Origin: an uncultured Candidatus Saccharibacteria bacterium
GTDB taxonomy: Bacteria; Patescibacteriota; Saccharimonadia; Saccharimonadales; CAYLGV01
Direction: 5' to 3'
NCBI GenBank assembly: GCA_964394925.1
Contig: CAYMZG010000001.1
Coordinates: forward strand, 3,656 to 67,655
DNA: 64,000 nt
Each line of letters opens with the position of its first letter. Positions within the stretch are counted from its first letter, which is position 1. The notes beneath the pieces are model-generated. The model was not told the DNA's origin, searched no databases, and saw only the letters and a program-made list of their open reading frames with translations. This document shows, piece after piece, positions 21,538 to 31,455 of the stretch. Made by a program: the position numbers and the translations under genes.

Positions 21538-21889
21538 AGATGATGTGATGATTCGCGATCTGTATCGTATCGCCCTCGTCGAGGCAGACTATGTTGTTGA
21601 GGTGGCCGGTAATGTCGAGGAAGTGTATCAGAAGCTTGATGTTTTTCGCCCTGACTGTGTGTTACTCGATATTATGCTACCTGGCACGTCTGGCCTGGAG
21701 ATATTGCAAGAGCTCAAAACCAATGAAGCACGTGGCTGCACAAACGCCAAGATAATCATGATCACTAACCTTGCCCAGCGCAGTACGGTTGATAATGCCC
21801 TCCAAGCCGGTGCCGAGGGTTATATCATTAAAGCCGACATCTTACCTAAAGATCTGCCGAAGGTGATTGCCTCACTCGAGGAGGAGTAG
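21506..21889 (+). CDS. stand-alone receiver (CheY-like) response regulator with no output domain
   Basis: LIVEDDVMIRDLY...VLLDIMLPGTSGLEIL...MITNLAQ...KADI. AGGAGG at 21495-21500 favours the GTG at 21506. Overlaps the end of the kinase gene. Confidence 0.85.
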   Translation: MAGLKNVLIVEDDVMIRDLYRIALVEADYVVEVAGNVEEVYQKLDVFRPDCVLLDIMLPGTSGLEILQELKTNEARGCTNAKIIMITNLAQRSTVDNALQAGAEGYIIKADILPKDLPKVIASLEEE

Positions 21890-21936
21890 TCGACAAAAAC
21901 ACACCCTGCTATACTTATTACTGTAACGCTTAAAAT

Positions 21937-23271
21937 ATGAAACAAAAACTATCGCTAATACTGGTTATAGCAGCCTGCCTGATGGCTCTTTTTAGTGTAA
22001 GCGCCTCGAATAAAGCCGCTGCAGCAGTATTTTCCACGAAAGCAGAGTGCGCCGGTAATGTACTGACCGTAACGTCTAACGCTCCGAGCAGTGTCACTGC
22101 CAACACATCATTCAGTATTACTGGTGTGTCATCAACCAGTACCGCCCCAAACGGCATAACAATAACGAAGATCTTCTCAACATCGAGTGTGAGCAACGGC
22201 TCACCATCTACCATGGTCGGTACCTGGACGGGTAGCGGATCAGGCACTTTTACGGCACACCTTCCTGATGCATCCGTGAAGGCCACTGGGGCTGTAGGTA
22301 GCCAAGTTCGAGTAATTCTCAGCAGTATTGATCTATATATTAACGGCGGCTCTTCGCCGATTACGTGTAGCCAAGGAAACGGCCAGCTGACAGCAAATAA
22401 GCCCGGCGAGTCGTTAACGGTGCTCAGTGTTGGGATTACTGCACCGGCGGCAACCCAAACCCCAACACCAACGAGCGCCACAACCACCCCAACAACACCT
22501 AAAACAAATAGTCCAGCCTCCACTAGTAACACCACCCCTACTCAAAGCAACACACAGCCCACCTCTCAAAATCAAACCTCGAATAATTCCCCTAGTACAT
22601 CGAATGCCCCAACGACATCAAGTAGTCCTTCATCTACTACGCAAGGTCAGACCGTAACAATCACGGTTGTTGACAGCTCTGGTAAACCAGCAAGCAATGT
22701 TGCGGTCGTAATTGATGACGGGCCCGAGGTGGCTACGAATGATCGGGGGGTTGTGATTGTAAGCAGTCTGAGTGCTGGCGATCACAAAGTCGCCGTGCTG
22801 GGCAAGCAAACCAAGATTACGCGTACCATTAAGGTAGCGTCGAGCGGTGAACCCATACAGCTCACTATTCAGCTCAAGCACCAATTAATTTCTCCGCTGA
22901 TTATTGCCATGGCCGGTATTCCTCTACTCTTGATTATCGCCGTTACCACGATGTTATTTATCAGGCATCGTCGCAAGCAGCAGCTTGCTTCGCATTTTGT
23001 CGCGCCGCAGTTTGCAGAGGGAACATCTCCCATCGTTTCATCAATGGCCGTTTCACAACCCAACCCCGCGCCCACAGCAACACCTGCCGCAAACACTAGT
23101 TCAGTTCAAATTCCTACGGCACAGCCCGTACCGACACCAATTGAGCCAACACCAGCTACACAGGCGCCGATAGGCCCATCAGCCCAGAATGAGTCCTTGC
23201 CCGGACAGGTCTTTACCCCGCAGCCCACCCCACAAGCGCCTACAAATATTTCAATTCAGCCGCACGCCTAA
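21937..23271 (+). CDS. surface protein: signal peptide, Ser/Thr-rich domain, T/P/S/N low-complexity linker, CarboxypepD_reg-like beta domain, TM, Pro-rich cytoplasmic tail
   Basis: 444 aa. VTITVVDSSGKPASNVAVVIDDGPEVATNDRGVVIVSSLSAGDHKV. TM LISPLIIAMAGIPLLLIIAVTTMLFI followed by RHRRKQQ. Confidence 0.65.
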   Translation: MKQKLSLILVIAACLMALFSVSASNKAAAAVFSTKAECAGNVLTVTSNAPSSVTANTSFSITGVSSTSTAPNGITITKIFSTSSVSNGSPSTMVGTWTGSGSGTFTAHLPDASVKATGAVGSQVRVILSSIDLYINGGSSPITCSQGNGQLTANKPGESLTVLSVGITAPAATQTPTPTSATTTPTTPKTNSPASTSNTTPTQSNTQPTSQNQTSNNSPSTSNAPTTSSSPSSTTQGQTVTITVVDSSGKPASNVAVVIDDGPEVATNDRGVVIVSSLSAGDHKVAVLGKQTKITRTIKVASSGEPIQLTIQLKHQLISPLIIAMAGIPLLLIIAVTTMLFIRHRRKQQLASHFVAPQFAEGTSPIVSSMAVSQPNPAPTATPAANTSSVQIPTAQPVPTPIEPTPATQAPIGPSAQNESLPGQVFTPQPTPQAPTNISIQPHA

Positions 23272-23299
23272 AGCCTGTTAGGCAAAATAGTGCAGTTCA

Positions 23300-23827
23300 T
23301 TAATACGTTAAGGCTTCGGGAATCAGCCAGCTACTCAGTTGATGAATGGCAATATCTAGATGGCTACGATGCGAACCGTCAGAAAATGCCGGGTACTCAG
23401 CAGCGGCAATGCATTCTTCGGTTGTGGGTATCCGAAGCCCCTCTATTTGTATCACACCAAAGCACCACTTCTGATTGACAGATATCACGTTTTGAAACGG
23501 GCTAACGGCCAATACCGGCACTTCATCCATACTCAGCGGATCGCCGTGCCAAACATACACCTGTTGGTCATCAAAATTCAAAGCCTTGCGGCCAACAAAT
23601 GGTTCACGCATGCCCCAAGCCCGCAGTATTGAACGCTCATACCTTCCAAGGTTTAAATTGCCGAGTTTTGCTCCAGCCTCTAATGTTGTAGTTCTACTCA
23701 TAAAAAGCCTCAGTAAGCCTCGAATATACAACCGAACCACGAGATATGCAAGCATGGAGTAAACGAACAATAGGATCAATTTCCCCCAGGAGGGTGTATT
23801 ATAGAGATAGCATTCAAAAATAGACAA
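23300..23827 (-). CDS. hypothetical protein (start uncertain)
   Basis: 175-aa ORF whose track start is a TTG. Internal Met candidates exist. No family recognised. Confidence 0.35.
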   Translation of the reverse strand: MSIFECYLYNTPSWGKLILLFVYSMLAYLVVRLYIRGLLRLFMSRTTTLEAGAKLGNLNLGRYERSILRAWGMREPFVGRKALNFDDQQVYVWHGDPLSMDEVPVLAVSPFQNVISVNQKWCFGVIQIEGLRIPTTEECIAAAEYPAFSDGSHRSHLDIAIHQLSSWLIPEALTY

Positions 23828-24552
23828 TGGCTAACAAACAAAAATACTTAAAACTAAACGTTCGCGGGCATCGCATCAATTTGCTACTTGATAAGGTGCT
23901 GTTATTCAAGTATTTGCAGAAGTTGCATGGCCGGTTTTGGGGCATTGCCGCTTTGGCCGGTTTTGGCGTTGGCTTAACCCTCTGTTTTATGATCGAACCA
24001 AACTTACGTCACGTTTCAACGGCTTTTAGTGATTTTGGTAACGATATTCGGACCGCCCCCTATTTTGCAGGCGCACTATTTTTTGCCTCGTATGGCTTGT
24101 GGCGTTGGCGCAACTACATTGACCGGACCGTCAATCACCGCTGGTTACTCAGTCTGATGCTCACCTTGACCATCCTAAGCCTGTACGCGATCGCCTTAAT
24201 GCCGACAGGCTGGTATACCTGGCCGCATCGCATACATATTACAGGCGTAGTGCTACTGGGTTTGAGTGCCGCCTGCACGGTTATCTTCGATACATTGCTT
24301 GTAAAAACTAAAGCAGGGCGCAATGTTCGTGCCTGGCGCTTGCTGCGTTTCGTGTCATTTTGGCTCATCGTAATTGGTGGCGCTATCACATTAGGTTCTC
24401 TTCGTCAGGTTGGCTTCTTTAGACTCTCGGGTCTGGGTGAACTACTAATGCTTGGTGGCTACGGTCTCTGGGTTGTCGAAAAAACCTATCACGGCGACGG
24501 TGGCCGAACTACTCTGTCGAAGTTCTTACGTGATTTTGTAACTATTAACTAA
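23827..24552 (+). CDS. hypothetical polytopic membrane protein (about 6 TM)
   Basis: 241-aa ORF starting at an ATG, with repeated helix-length hydrophobic stretches. Confidence 0.5.
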   Translation: MANKQKYLKLNVRGHRINLLLDKVLLFKYLQKLHGRFWGIAALAGFGVGLTLCFMIEPNLRHVSTAFSDFGNDIRTAPYFAGALFFASYGLWRWRNYIDRTVNHRWLLSLMLTLTILSLYAIALMPTGWYTWPHRIHITGVVLLGLSAACTVIFDTLLVKTKAGRNVRAWRLLRFVSFWLIVIGGAITLGSLRQVGFFRLSGLGELLMLGGYGLWVVEKTYHGDGGRTTLSKFLRDFVTIN

Positions 24553-24671
24553 CCTTTCTGCAAGGAGTTGTTGAATGGGTTCTCATATAGTTTCATGTGA
24601 CGAAACAACATGCACTGCATATTGCATGAACTGCTGGCATCCCTCCGGGCAACATCGTATAATCGGCTCTA

Positions 24672-25142
24672 GTGAACGGCAGCATAATAAAGATCGCAAT
24701 ACTTTGTATCATTGTTGGTGGTGCATCTATTCCGTTTGCCTTTGGCATTAGCAACTCGCCAACTGTGGTGTGGCTGGGCAATGCCTTAGGCTCGCTCATC
24801 TCTGCTTTCGTGGTGATTTATGTAGCAGAACGAATTAGCGACACCAAATTTAGAAAGCGGGTACAACGTTATCACATTGGCAACAAAGTTATAACCGTCA
24901 TGGATAGTGGTGACAAGAATAAGAAAGTCGTGAAGGCACGCAGTTTCATTAACAAGCATGGCTTGAAGTTTTTTGCTCTGGTATGCCCAATCTTCCCAGG
25001 TGCCCTCGTCTCAACCATTACGGTCTACACACTCGGACTCGACAAACGAACTTATAAGTTGTGGCTTATCCCTGGAATCTTTTTGGTTAGTGGCCTTTAC
25101 GTTTTTGGCTATTGGTACACCATTGGCAACAAGCTACCTTAG
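24672..25142 (+). CDS. hypothetical 4-TM membrane protein
   Basis: 156-aa ORF with a GTG start. TATAAT at 24658-24663 lies 8 nt upstream and no SD is visible. Confidence 0.45.
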   Translation: MNGSIIKIAILCIIVGGASIPFAFGISNSPTVVWLGNALGSLISAFVVIYVAERISDTKFRKRVQRYHIGNKVITVMDSGDKNKKVVKARSFINKHGLKFFALVCPIFPGALVSTITVYTLGLDKRTYKLWLIPGIFLVSGLYVFGYWYTIGNKLP

Positions 25143-25206
25143 TTTTTGGTATTATTGTGCTTCGGTTATTGGTACACTACTAACAGAAAACTAAGGAGAC
25201 GATCGT

Positions 25207-25941
25207 ATGGATAAAAGCGGGAATCCTGCCCTAAAACGCTCTGCCCTCAATCGTATTGCAGCGCTTGAAAAAACAGATACGGCAACGGTGGGCGGCACCA
25301 TCACAAAAATTATTGTGCTACTCGCACTAGTACTCGTTGGTGCATTTACGGGCTGGCGCATTGCTGCGAGCATGACTGGCGGTGGCGCCATGATTCTACT
25401 GGGGTCAATGGTTGGTGCCCTCGTCTTTGCCTTAATTACAATTTTCTCCCCAAAGGCATCGCCATTCACTGCACCGGCTTACGCATTACTTGAAGGCGTG
25501 TTGCTAGGTGCAATATCACAAGTCTTTAACACGGCATACAATGGCATTGCCCTGCAGGCTATCTTGCTCACATTAACAGTCTTTCTCAGTACATTAGTAC
25601 TCTATACATCGGGTATGGTACGTGTAACGCAAAAAATGCGAGCCATCATAATTATTGGCACCGTAGCAATCGGGTTGTATTATCTGATCGCAATTGTAGT
25701 TGGTCTATTTGGCGGCAATGTCCCACTCATTTATTCAAGTGGGCCGTGGGGCATAGCCTTTAGCGTGTTAGTGGTTTTTATCGCGGCTATGAATCTATTG
25801 CTCGACTTTGACTTTATAGAGCGAACCGCCAATTCAAAAATGCCAAAAGTTTTTGAATGGTACGGTGCATTTGGCCTGATGGTAACGCTTATTTGGCTAT
25901 ACCTGGAAATTCTTCGTTTGCTCTCTAAGATTCGAAACTAA
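25207..25941 (+). CDS. Bax inhibitor-1/YccA-like (COG4760-type) membrane protein
   Basis: AAGGAG SD. N-terminal SGNPALKRSA motif followed by 7 predicted TM helices, as in the actinobacterial-type family (recalled from memory, not searched). Confidence 0.55.
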   Translation: MDKSGNPALKRSALNRIAALEKTDTATVGGTITKIIVLLALVLVGAFTGWRIAASMTGGGAMILLGSMVGALVFALITIFSPKASPFTAPAYALLEGVLLGAISQVFNTAYNGIALQAILLTLTVFLSTLVLYTSGMVRVTQKMRAIIIIGTVAIGLYYLIAIVVGLFGGNVPLIYSSGPWGIAFSVLVVFIAAMNLLLDFDFIERTANSKMPKVFEWYGAFGLMVTLIWLYLEILRLLSKIRN

Positions 25942-25946
25942 TTAGT

Positions 25947-26204
25947 CTATAGCTGATTTTCGGCCATATAAGCCTGGTTAATACCGTTCGTAACATTAGT
26001 AAAGCCGCGCTGCCTCAAGATCTGCATTGCCACACCAGAACGGTTGCCGCTGCGGCAGTATACAATCACTTCAGCATTTTTAGGCACGCTACCTAACTGC
26101 GCTGCCCCTTGCGCAATGTCATTAAGAGGAATGTTAATCGCTCCCTTGGCATGACCAGCCGCAAACTCGTCTGGTTCACGTACGTCGATAAGTATATGTC
26201 CCAT
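25947..26204 (-). CDS. single-domain rhodanese-like sulfurtransferase
   Basis: LIDVREPDEFAAGHAKGAINIP and active-site loop VIVYCRSGNRSG. Confidence 0.75.
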   Translation of the reverse strand: MGHILIDVREPDEFAAGHAKGAINIPLNDIAQGAAQLGSVPKNAEVIVYCRSGNRSGVAMQILRQRGFTNVTNGINQAYMAENQL

Positions 26205-26215
26205 TCTTTACCAAC

Positions 26216-26938
26216 CTATGATGCACGCACCGGCCGCTTGGCTCGCTTGATAGCCCTTTCTTCAAGTACACCGTCTTTCATATAGAAGACGCGGTCACAG
26301 TAGTCAATCAGACGTTCATCGTGTGTGACCATAATGGTGGCTTTGTTGCGTGATTTAGTTTCATTTGAAAGCAACTGCACAACATCAAAGGCTCGAGATG
26401 TGTCGAGGCTGGCCGTTGGCTCATCGGCCAGAATCAATTTGGGATCGGGATAGATGGCGCGCGCAATCGCCACTCGTTGCAACTCACCGCCAGAGAGGTC
26501 GGCGGGAAATTTCTTGGTCAAATACTCAACGTTCAACTCCTTGAGCAATTGGTCGAGTCGACTTTGCTGAAATTTTCTGCCAATAACCGTATCGACAAAC
26601 CGGAACTGATCCTCGACCGTGAGAAACGGTATGAGATTGGACGCCTGTAAGACAAAACCTATTTTACGCAAACGCAACTCAACACGCTGCTTCTCTTTTT
26701 TACTGCCAAACACTTCTCCATCGAGAATGATTTCGCCCCTGGTAGGTGTTTGTAGGCCTCCCATTAATGTGAGTAGGGTTGACTTACCAGAGCCACTTGG
26801 GCCAATGATAGCCACGAGCTCACCGGCATGTATTGCTAATGAAGTTGGCTTAAGTGCTTCTATGGTACCTTCGCTGCCCGCTTTAAAGCTACGACTCACT
26901 CCTTTTAGCTCAATTATCGTTTGCTTGCTACGACTCAT
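26216..26938 (-). CDS. ABC transporter ATP-binding protein (MacB/LolD/FtsE-like)
   Basis: Walker A GPSGSGKST, signature LSGGELQRVAIARA, Walker B LILADEPTASLD. Confidence 0.9.
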   Translation of the reverse strand: MSRSKQTIIELKGVSRSFKAGSEGTIEALKPTSLAIHAGELVAIIGPSGSGKSTLLTLMGGLQTPTRGEIILDGEVFGSKKEKQRVELRLRKIGFVLQASNLIPFLTVEDQFRFVDTVIGRKFQQSRLDQLLKELNVEYLTKKFPADLSGGELQRVAIARAIYPDPKLILADEPTASLDTSRAFDVVQLLSNETKSRNKATIMVTHDERLIDYCDRVFYMKDGVLEERAIKRAKRPVRAS

Positions 26939-28032
26939 TTCAATGCCTCCAGTGGATCGATCTTGCTCACACTGCGTACCGAGAACAGTGCTCCGGTAAG
27001 AGACATTACAATAAGCAGGCTACCGATAGCACCAAAAAAACCAGGTGAGTTTACGTATGGCACCTTGCTTGGCAGACTTAGGCTGGTTAGCACTGTAAAT
27101 ACCAGCCCCGCCAGTACACCGGCCAGAGCCAGTATGGCTGTTTGGAATAGCACCGAGCGGCTGATAACTTTTGATGAGATGCCTTGGGCTTTCATGATGC
27201 CAAAAACTTGCTTCTTTTGAAGTGTCAGCACATACATAAAAATGCATATTACGACAGCAGCGATTAACACGAGCATGCTGATCATCAGCCCAAAGGTCAG
27301 GATTTGCGGTTGATAGCCAGGAATGTTACTTATGAAATCTGTCGTGGTCACGTATTGCAGGTCGCTTGGCAGCTGATCATTATTAGTGATGCCTCGTACC
27401 ACAATTGCGCTTAAGATATCTGGGACGTTTTGGTTGATCTCTCGGTACTTCAACTGCTCGGCGTTTTTGAGCGAGGTGAATATGACTGGTGATGTATTGA
27501 ATTGATTTTTCGATGTAAAACCGACGATTTTATATTGCTCACCATTAGAAATAACTTGGATCGTATCACCTATTGCAAGACCATAGACTTTTTGAACGGA
27601 AATATCAGCCACGACTTCGTTCGGCTTACTCGCAGCAACACCCTCGATAACACGCGGCGCTATAAAGCTGTCCTGATTGATCCCAAAGAATACCGTATCG
27701 ATCTTTTTATCGCTGGGCTCGCCCACCTTCTTCACGACAGTCGCCATGGCCACCAACGGTGCCTTATCGGCAGCCTCTACTTTACTGTATGAACCCGCCT
27801 GCAAGGAGGAGGCCATTAAGTTCTTATTAGCAGAAGATGACAACACAATTCCATCAGCATGCCAGGAGTCCACGCTGGTACGATTAGCAATCGCCAGTCC
27901 ATATGCAAGGCCAGCCAAAAAGAAAACGAGGTACGTGATCAGAAAAATCACGCCAGCGATCAACACATATCGGCCTTTGGTATAAAGAATTTCTTTGATT
28001 GCCAGAAACACCGACACCCCCTTAATATGCAA
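26935..28032 (-). CDS. ABC transporter permease, FtsX/MacB-type (4 TM with extracytoplasmic domain)
   Basis: 365 aa. TM1, ~220-aa external domain, C-terminal FtsX-like 3-TM bundle (FGIMKAQGISSKVI...). ATGA overlap with the ATPase gene. Confidence 0.8.
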   Translation of the reverse strand: MHIKGVSVFLAIKEILYTKGRYVLIAGVIFLITYLVFFLAGLAYGLAIANRTSVDSWHADGIVLSSSANKNLMASSLQAGSYSKVEAADKAPLVAMATVVKKVGEPSDKKIDTVFFGINQDSFIAPRVIEGVAASKPNEVVADISVQKVYGLAIGDTIQVISNGEQYKIVGFTSKNQFNTSPVIFTSLKNAEQLKYREINQNVPDILSAIVVRGITNNDQLPSDLQYVTTTDFISNIPGYQPQILTFGLMISMLVLIAAVVICIFMYVLTLQKKQVFGIMKAQGISSKVISRSVLFQTAILALAGVLAGLVFTVLTSLSLPSKVPYVNSPGFFGAIGSLLIVMSLTGALFSVRSVSKIDPLEALK

Positions 28033-28078
28033 TGCTAAGTATAGCAGAAGATGGCCACAGCTTACGCCAAATTATCCG

Positions 28079-28660
28079 CTACAAAATACTGATCTCAACT
28101 GTGGGCTTGAGTGTATCCGGGTTAATGATGTAGGCCACATAAAACTGCAAGTTGCTATTTATGAGCTGCATGAGGCGTTTTGGTTTGATGATGATAAGGT
28201 TCTTCTCAAAGCCAATCTCGTCAATCTTACCCTCAATAGCTCGTTTCTTGAAGGTGCTCGTCCGGTAGCCAGATCTTTGATCAAACCAGATCGCATCAAA
28301 TGGCTGGAAGCTCGTTTCAAGTGCCGTTATTCGCACACGCTTCCCCCGGTAAGCTAATTGATCCTCTAGGATCAACTGACTCACCTGCGCATCGGTCATG
28401 GACTGTAGTTGCTCGGCTTGCACCTTCTTGATATGCGCATCAAGACTTGCTTTCACGACATATTCGCTACCCATTGCTTGTAGGTTGCTCGGGTTTAGTA
28501 AGGATCCTCGACTTGCTTCACTCAGTTGTTGCATGAGTTGCGTCTCACTACGCTCAGCCTCAAAAAGAGCTGCTTCGGCAGTAGCGCGCGACAGCAAAAC
28601 TGACTGAAAATCAGCCACCAGCTGCTGACCACTGACCGGAATATCGGGCGAATGCTTCAC
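28079..28660 (-). CDS. hypothetical protein (coiled-coil N-half, beta-rich C-half) upstream of the ABC pair
   Basis: 193-aa ORF with no TM or signal sequence seen. No family recognised. Confidence 0.45.
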   Translation of the reverse strand: MKHSPDIPVSGQQLVADFQSVLLSRATAEAALFEAERSETQLMQQLSEASRGSLLNPSNLQAMGSEYVVKASLDAHIKKVQAEQLQSMTDAQVSQLILEDQLAYRGKRVRITALETSFQPFDAIWFDQRSGYRTSTFKKRAIEGKIDEIGFEKNLIIIKPKRLMQLINSNLQFYVAYIINPDTLKPTVEISIL

Positions 28661-28693
28661 CTGTTTATACTAGCATTAAACAACAGGCCTAGG

Positions 28694-28933
28694 CTAAATC
28701 ATGCCAGTTTCGCGCTCAATGTCTTCTTCGGCTGCCTTGTCAGCTGCAGCAACGCGCGGGTCTTTGTCTTTTAGAACTGCCGCAATGATAAGCGCTAATA
28801 GGAACGAAACGAAAACGCCCAGAATAAAGAACAGGATGAAACTATAGCCTTTTCGCTTGGCCATAAAAGCCGGCCAGAGAGCTAGTGCTACCCAGGCAAC
28901 AATTCCTAGTACGGCAAAAAATGAATGTGGCAT
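28694..28933 (-). CDS. small hypothetical 2-TM membrane protein
   Basis: 79-aa ORF with two hydrophobic helices flanking AKRKGYS and an acidic tail. Confidence 0.4.
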   Translation of the reverse strand: MPHSFFAVLGIVAWVALALWPAFMAKRKGYSFILFFILGVFVSFLLALIIAAVLKDKDPRVAAADKAAEEDIERETGMI

Positions 28934-28961
28934 ATAAAACTCCTCGTTATATTATTTGTGA

Positions 28962-30251
28962 CTACTCAACTTGCAGCCGCTGCGTTAATACATAACTTAT
29001 CACGACTGCAACAATCACCAACGGCATGGCATTAATACCTGATTTACCAACAAAAATAGTTGTGAGCATAACTGCTGTTAACGGCAATCTAAGCATGCCT
29101 GCGGTCATAGCACCAATCCCGATGGCAATTGTTGCCACCAGATTAACGCCAAAAATGTGCGAGACCAATACTCCAAGAACCGCCCCAATGAACATAGCTG
29201 GGAATGTTGGACCACCGCGAAATGCCACGAGCGATAGGGCGTAGCCGAGACCTTTCAAAGCAATAATCAACAGAAGTGTTGCTACCGAGAATCCCGCAGC
29301 ACCGCCCACCAGCAGCGACAACTGGTTCTGTCCCGAGAACAACACTAAACTGCTTGTTTGATTGGTCAATATTGTGAACACCACTGCCAAGGTACCAACA
29401 AGAGCACCGGCAAGCACTGTCATTAGAACTACGTTCTTACGAATGTATTTACCAGAAAAACGGGCCGTACGACGAATTATATACACCAACAGTGGCGCAA
29501 TAAGCCCAATCACAATCGCCCAGAAAAACTCTTTGCCCGTTGGATTGCTAAAGGCTGGGAGGTTAGGAATGGTAAGCGAGAATAAACCAAAGCCAGTCAA
29601 TGAATCGAGGCCAACGAAGATCAGATAGCCGATTCCTGCTGCGAGTAGACCTGGTAATAATGCGATCTCGAGCGCCATACCCCCCAACCCCGATGCTTCC
29701 ATAAGTAAGAAGGCGGCTGTTAGTGGTGAGCCAAGGAGCGTGCTGATTGCCGCAAAGCTACCGCTCGCACCAACTAGTTTGCTGGCTTGTTCATTTAAAT
29801 CCTTTTTGCGCAGCTTGAGCATGGCATAGGCGAGGCCTCCACCGAGAGCTACCAGGGGCGCCTCGGGACCAACGACTGCCCCCAGACCAATGCTGGCGAT
29901 TGCCGCTAGGGCGATACCAGCCAGAAACTCAGGCTTAACGGGTCCGCCGCCAGCAGAAAAACCCTCTATTGGCTCTTCGCCACCCTTACCGGGAAAATGT
30001 TTCACTATCAAGCCAACGAGCAAGCCACTGACTGCGAGCGGCACAACTGGCCACCAGCGTGACCAAGAAAGCGTCGAAAGATAGTCGGTGGGAATAGTGA
30101 CATACACAAAATGCTGAATTTGGTCGATCAGGTACAAGAAGAAATATGCGAAAACAGCAATCGGCACACCAAAAATGGCTGCTACTACTAACAGCGCAAT
30201 ATACTGTTTACTCTTAAATACTGCCTTCGGATCAATTTTTGCTTCTGCCAT
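28962..30251 (-). CDS. ClC-family voltage-gated chloride channel / anion-proton antiporter
   Basis: 429 aa, polytopic. ClC-like motifs GKGGEEPIEG, VVGPEAPLV and RGGPTFPAMFIG (GxFxP). Confidence 0.8.
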   Translation of the reverse strand: MAEAKIDPKAVFKSKQYIALLVVAAIFGVPIAVFAYFFLYLIDQIQHFVYVTIPTDYLSTLSWSRWWPVVPLAVSGLLVGLIVKHFPGKGGEEPIEGFSAGGGPVKPEFLAGIALAAIASIGLGAVVGPEAPLVALGGGLAYAMLKLRKKDLNEQASKLVGASGSFAAISTLLGSPLTAAFLLMEASGLGGMALEIALLPGLLAAGIGYLIFVGLDSLTGFGLFSLTIPNLPAFSNPTGKEFFWAIVIGLIAPLLVYIIRRTARFSGKYIRKNVVLMTVLAGALVGTLAVVFTILTNQTSSLVLFSGQNQLSLLVGGAAGFSVATLLLIIALKGLGYALSLVAFRGGPTFPAMFIGAVLGVLVSHIFGVNLVATIAIGIGAMTAGMLRLPLTAVMLTTIFVGKSGINAMPLVIVAVVISYVLTQRLQVE

Positions 30252-30394
30252 ACAGTCACTCAGTTAGCTTTACGTTACGTATATAGTAACGTCAGTTGCC
30301 CGCGCGGTCTAGAGCAACCCGCGCCGACGCTCTCGGCGTCGTACACCAGCTACTGATAATGGAGTTAGTGGTCGTCCAATCATGATTTGTCTCC

Positions 30395-30826
30395 TTATTT
30401 ACCTTCGTTTTCAATTTCTTCAAGCGCTGCAGCAACATTGTCGGGGTGAATACGGCCCTCTGCTATCAACGTGCCCTCAGCATCAATGAGCGCTTTCTTA
30501 ATGCCCTTCGCCCAGACCTGCTCAATCACCAATACACCAGCGGCCGTGCCTGGCTTCATGTCTTTGGCAATCTTATCAATATCACTCTCGGCAAACAGTG
30601 GTATTTGGTTGTCTATGCCAAGTTTGGCGAGCGCTCCCTTTATTTCTTCGCTCTGATCTTCAAACTCACCAGCAGCATAGGTGCCATCTTCGTCTTTGAC
30701 AATGAATACAAGATCAATAACTCGAATAATACCGCTTTCGACTGCCTTACCGAGCTCATTCAAAATGCTTCCATCAAAATGATTGCCCTCAAATCCAACG
30801 GCAATATAATCAATTGGTCCCAGCAT
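30395..30826 (-). CDS. DUF6325-like protein, paralog A
   Basis: AGGAGG is 5 nt before the ATG at 30826 (the track GTG at 30832 overlaps the SD). MLGPIDYIAVGFEGNHFDGSIL...LVIEQVWAKGIKKALIDAEGTLIAEGRIHP. Paralog of 32417..32824. Confidence 0.55.
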   Translation of the reverse strand: MLGPIDYIAVGFEGNHFDGSILNELGKAVESGIIRVIDLVFIVKDEDGTYAAGEFEDQSEEIKGALAKLGIDNQIPLFAESDIDKIAKDMKPGTAAGVLVIEQVWAKGIKKALIDAEGTLIAEGRIHPDNVAAALEEIENEGK

Positions 30827-30982
30827 CCGCACCTCCTTTTTTTAGCGCCCATGAACAATACACAAGCAGTTTTACCTATTGATGATACCTCTTTTTATAC
30901 CGAAAATTTTGTGAATTTTATCACATTGACAACCGTCTTAGTGCAAGAGTAATCTTTCAGTATCAATTAAGGGAGGTGTGCC

Positions 30983-31390
30983 ATGGCACAGAAGAATGAA
31001 GAAGTAACTGGCTGGGTTGGCTGGATTGCCTTCGCAAGTTTGTTACTATACATTTCAGGTTTCTTTAGTATTTTCACAGGCTTTATTGCCCTGTTTAAGC
31101 ACACGGTGTTTTATCACGCCGCAAGTGATTCATTCTACGTACTGAACTACAGTCAATGGGGCTGGGTGCACATCGGCGTCGGTTTGTTGGCGCTTATTGC
31201 TGCCGCTTCGCTGGCAAAGGGTAACTACTTTGGCCGTACTGTGGCTGTCGTATTGGCCATTTTGAGCCTTATGGCGAACATGGCATTTGTGCCTATTTAC
31301 CCGCTGTGGTCAATTATCATCATGATTGTTGACGTACTGGTAATCTTTGCCGTAACGGTTCACGGCAAAGAAGTTAAGAAGCTTCAGTAG
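30983..31390 (+). CDS. small 4-TM membrane protein (DUF7144-like, assignment from memory)
   Basis: 135-aa ORF. GWVGWIAFASLLLYISGFFSIFTGFIALF... GGGAGG SD upstream. Confidence 0.5.
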   Translation: MAQKNEEVTGWVGWIAFASLLLYISGFFSIFTGFIALFKHTVFYHAASDSFYVLNYSQWGWVHIGVGLLALIAAASLAKGNYFGRTVAVVLAILSLMANMAFVPIYPLWSIIIMIVDVLVIFAVTVHGKEVKKLQ

Positions 31391-31407
31391 TCATAGTTAG
31401 ACACTCG

Positions 31408-31444
31408 AAAAAACCGACTGGTCCGCCAGCCGGTTTTTTTGTTT
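31408..31444. terminator. bidirectional rho-independent terminator between convergent genes
   Basis: AAAAAA-CCGACTGG-tccg-CCAGCCGG-TTTTTTTGTTT (7 of 8 stem pairs), flanked by an A-run and a T-run. Confidence 0.75.
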
Positions 31445-31455
31445 CTGCCCGAAGC

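Noticed and set aside
21930-22535. 201-aa minus-strand ORF antisense to the surface-protein gene
   Set aside because: It is Val/Gly/Ala-rich low complexity mirroring the Thr/Pro/Ser-rich sense strand. The sense ORF has a signal peptide, a domain structure and a TM helix. Other long antisense ORFs (for example 14866..15237, 33615..33998, 62160..62537) are judged shadows in the same way.
30252-30394. Possible fluoride (crcB-motif) riboswitch upstream of the ClC gene
   Set aside because: The 143-nt leader has two GC-rich hairpins (CGACGC-cgaga-GCGTCG; CGCGCGG...CCGCGCG) and a 7-bp inverted repeat, ACGTTAC-n7-GTAACGT (30272-30292). I could not align it to the conserved crcB core as I remember it. 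The hairpins fit better as a terminator for the upstream DUF6325-like gene, followed by a promoter or operator. An Infernal scan with RF01734 would settle it.
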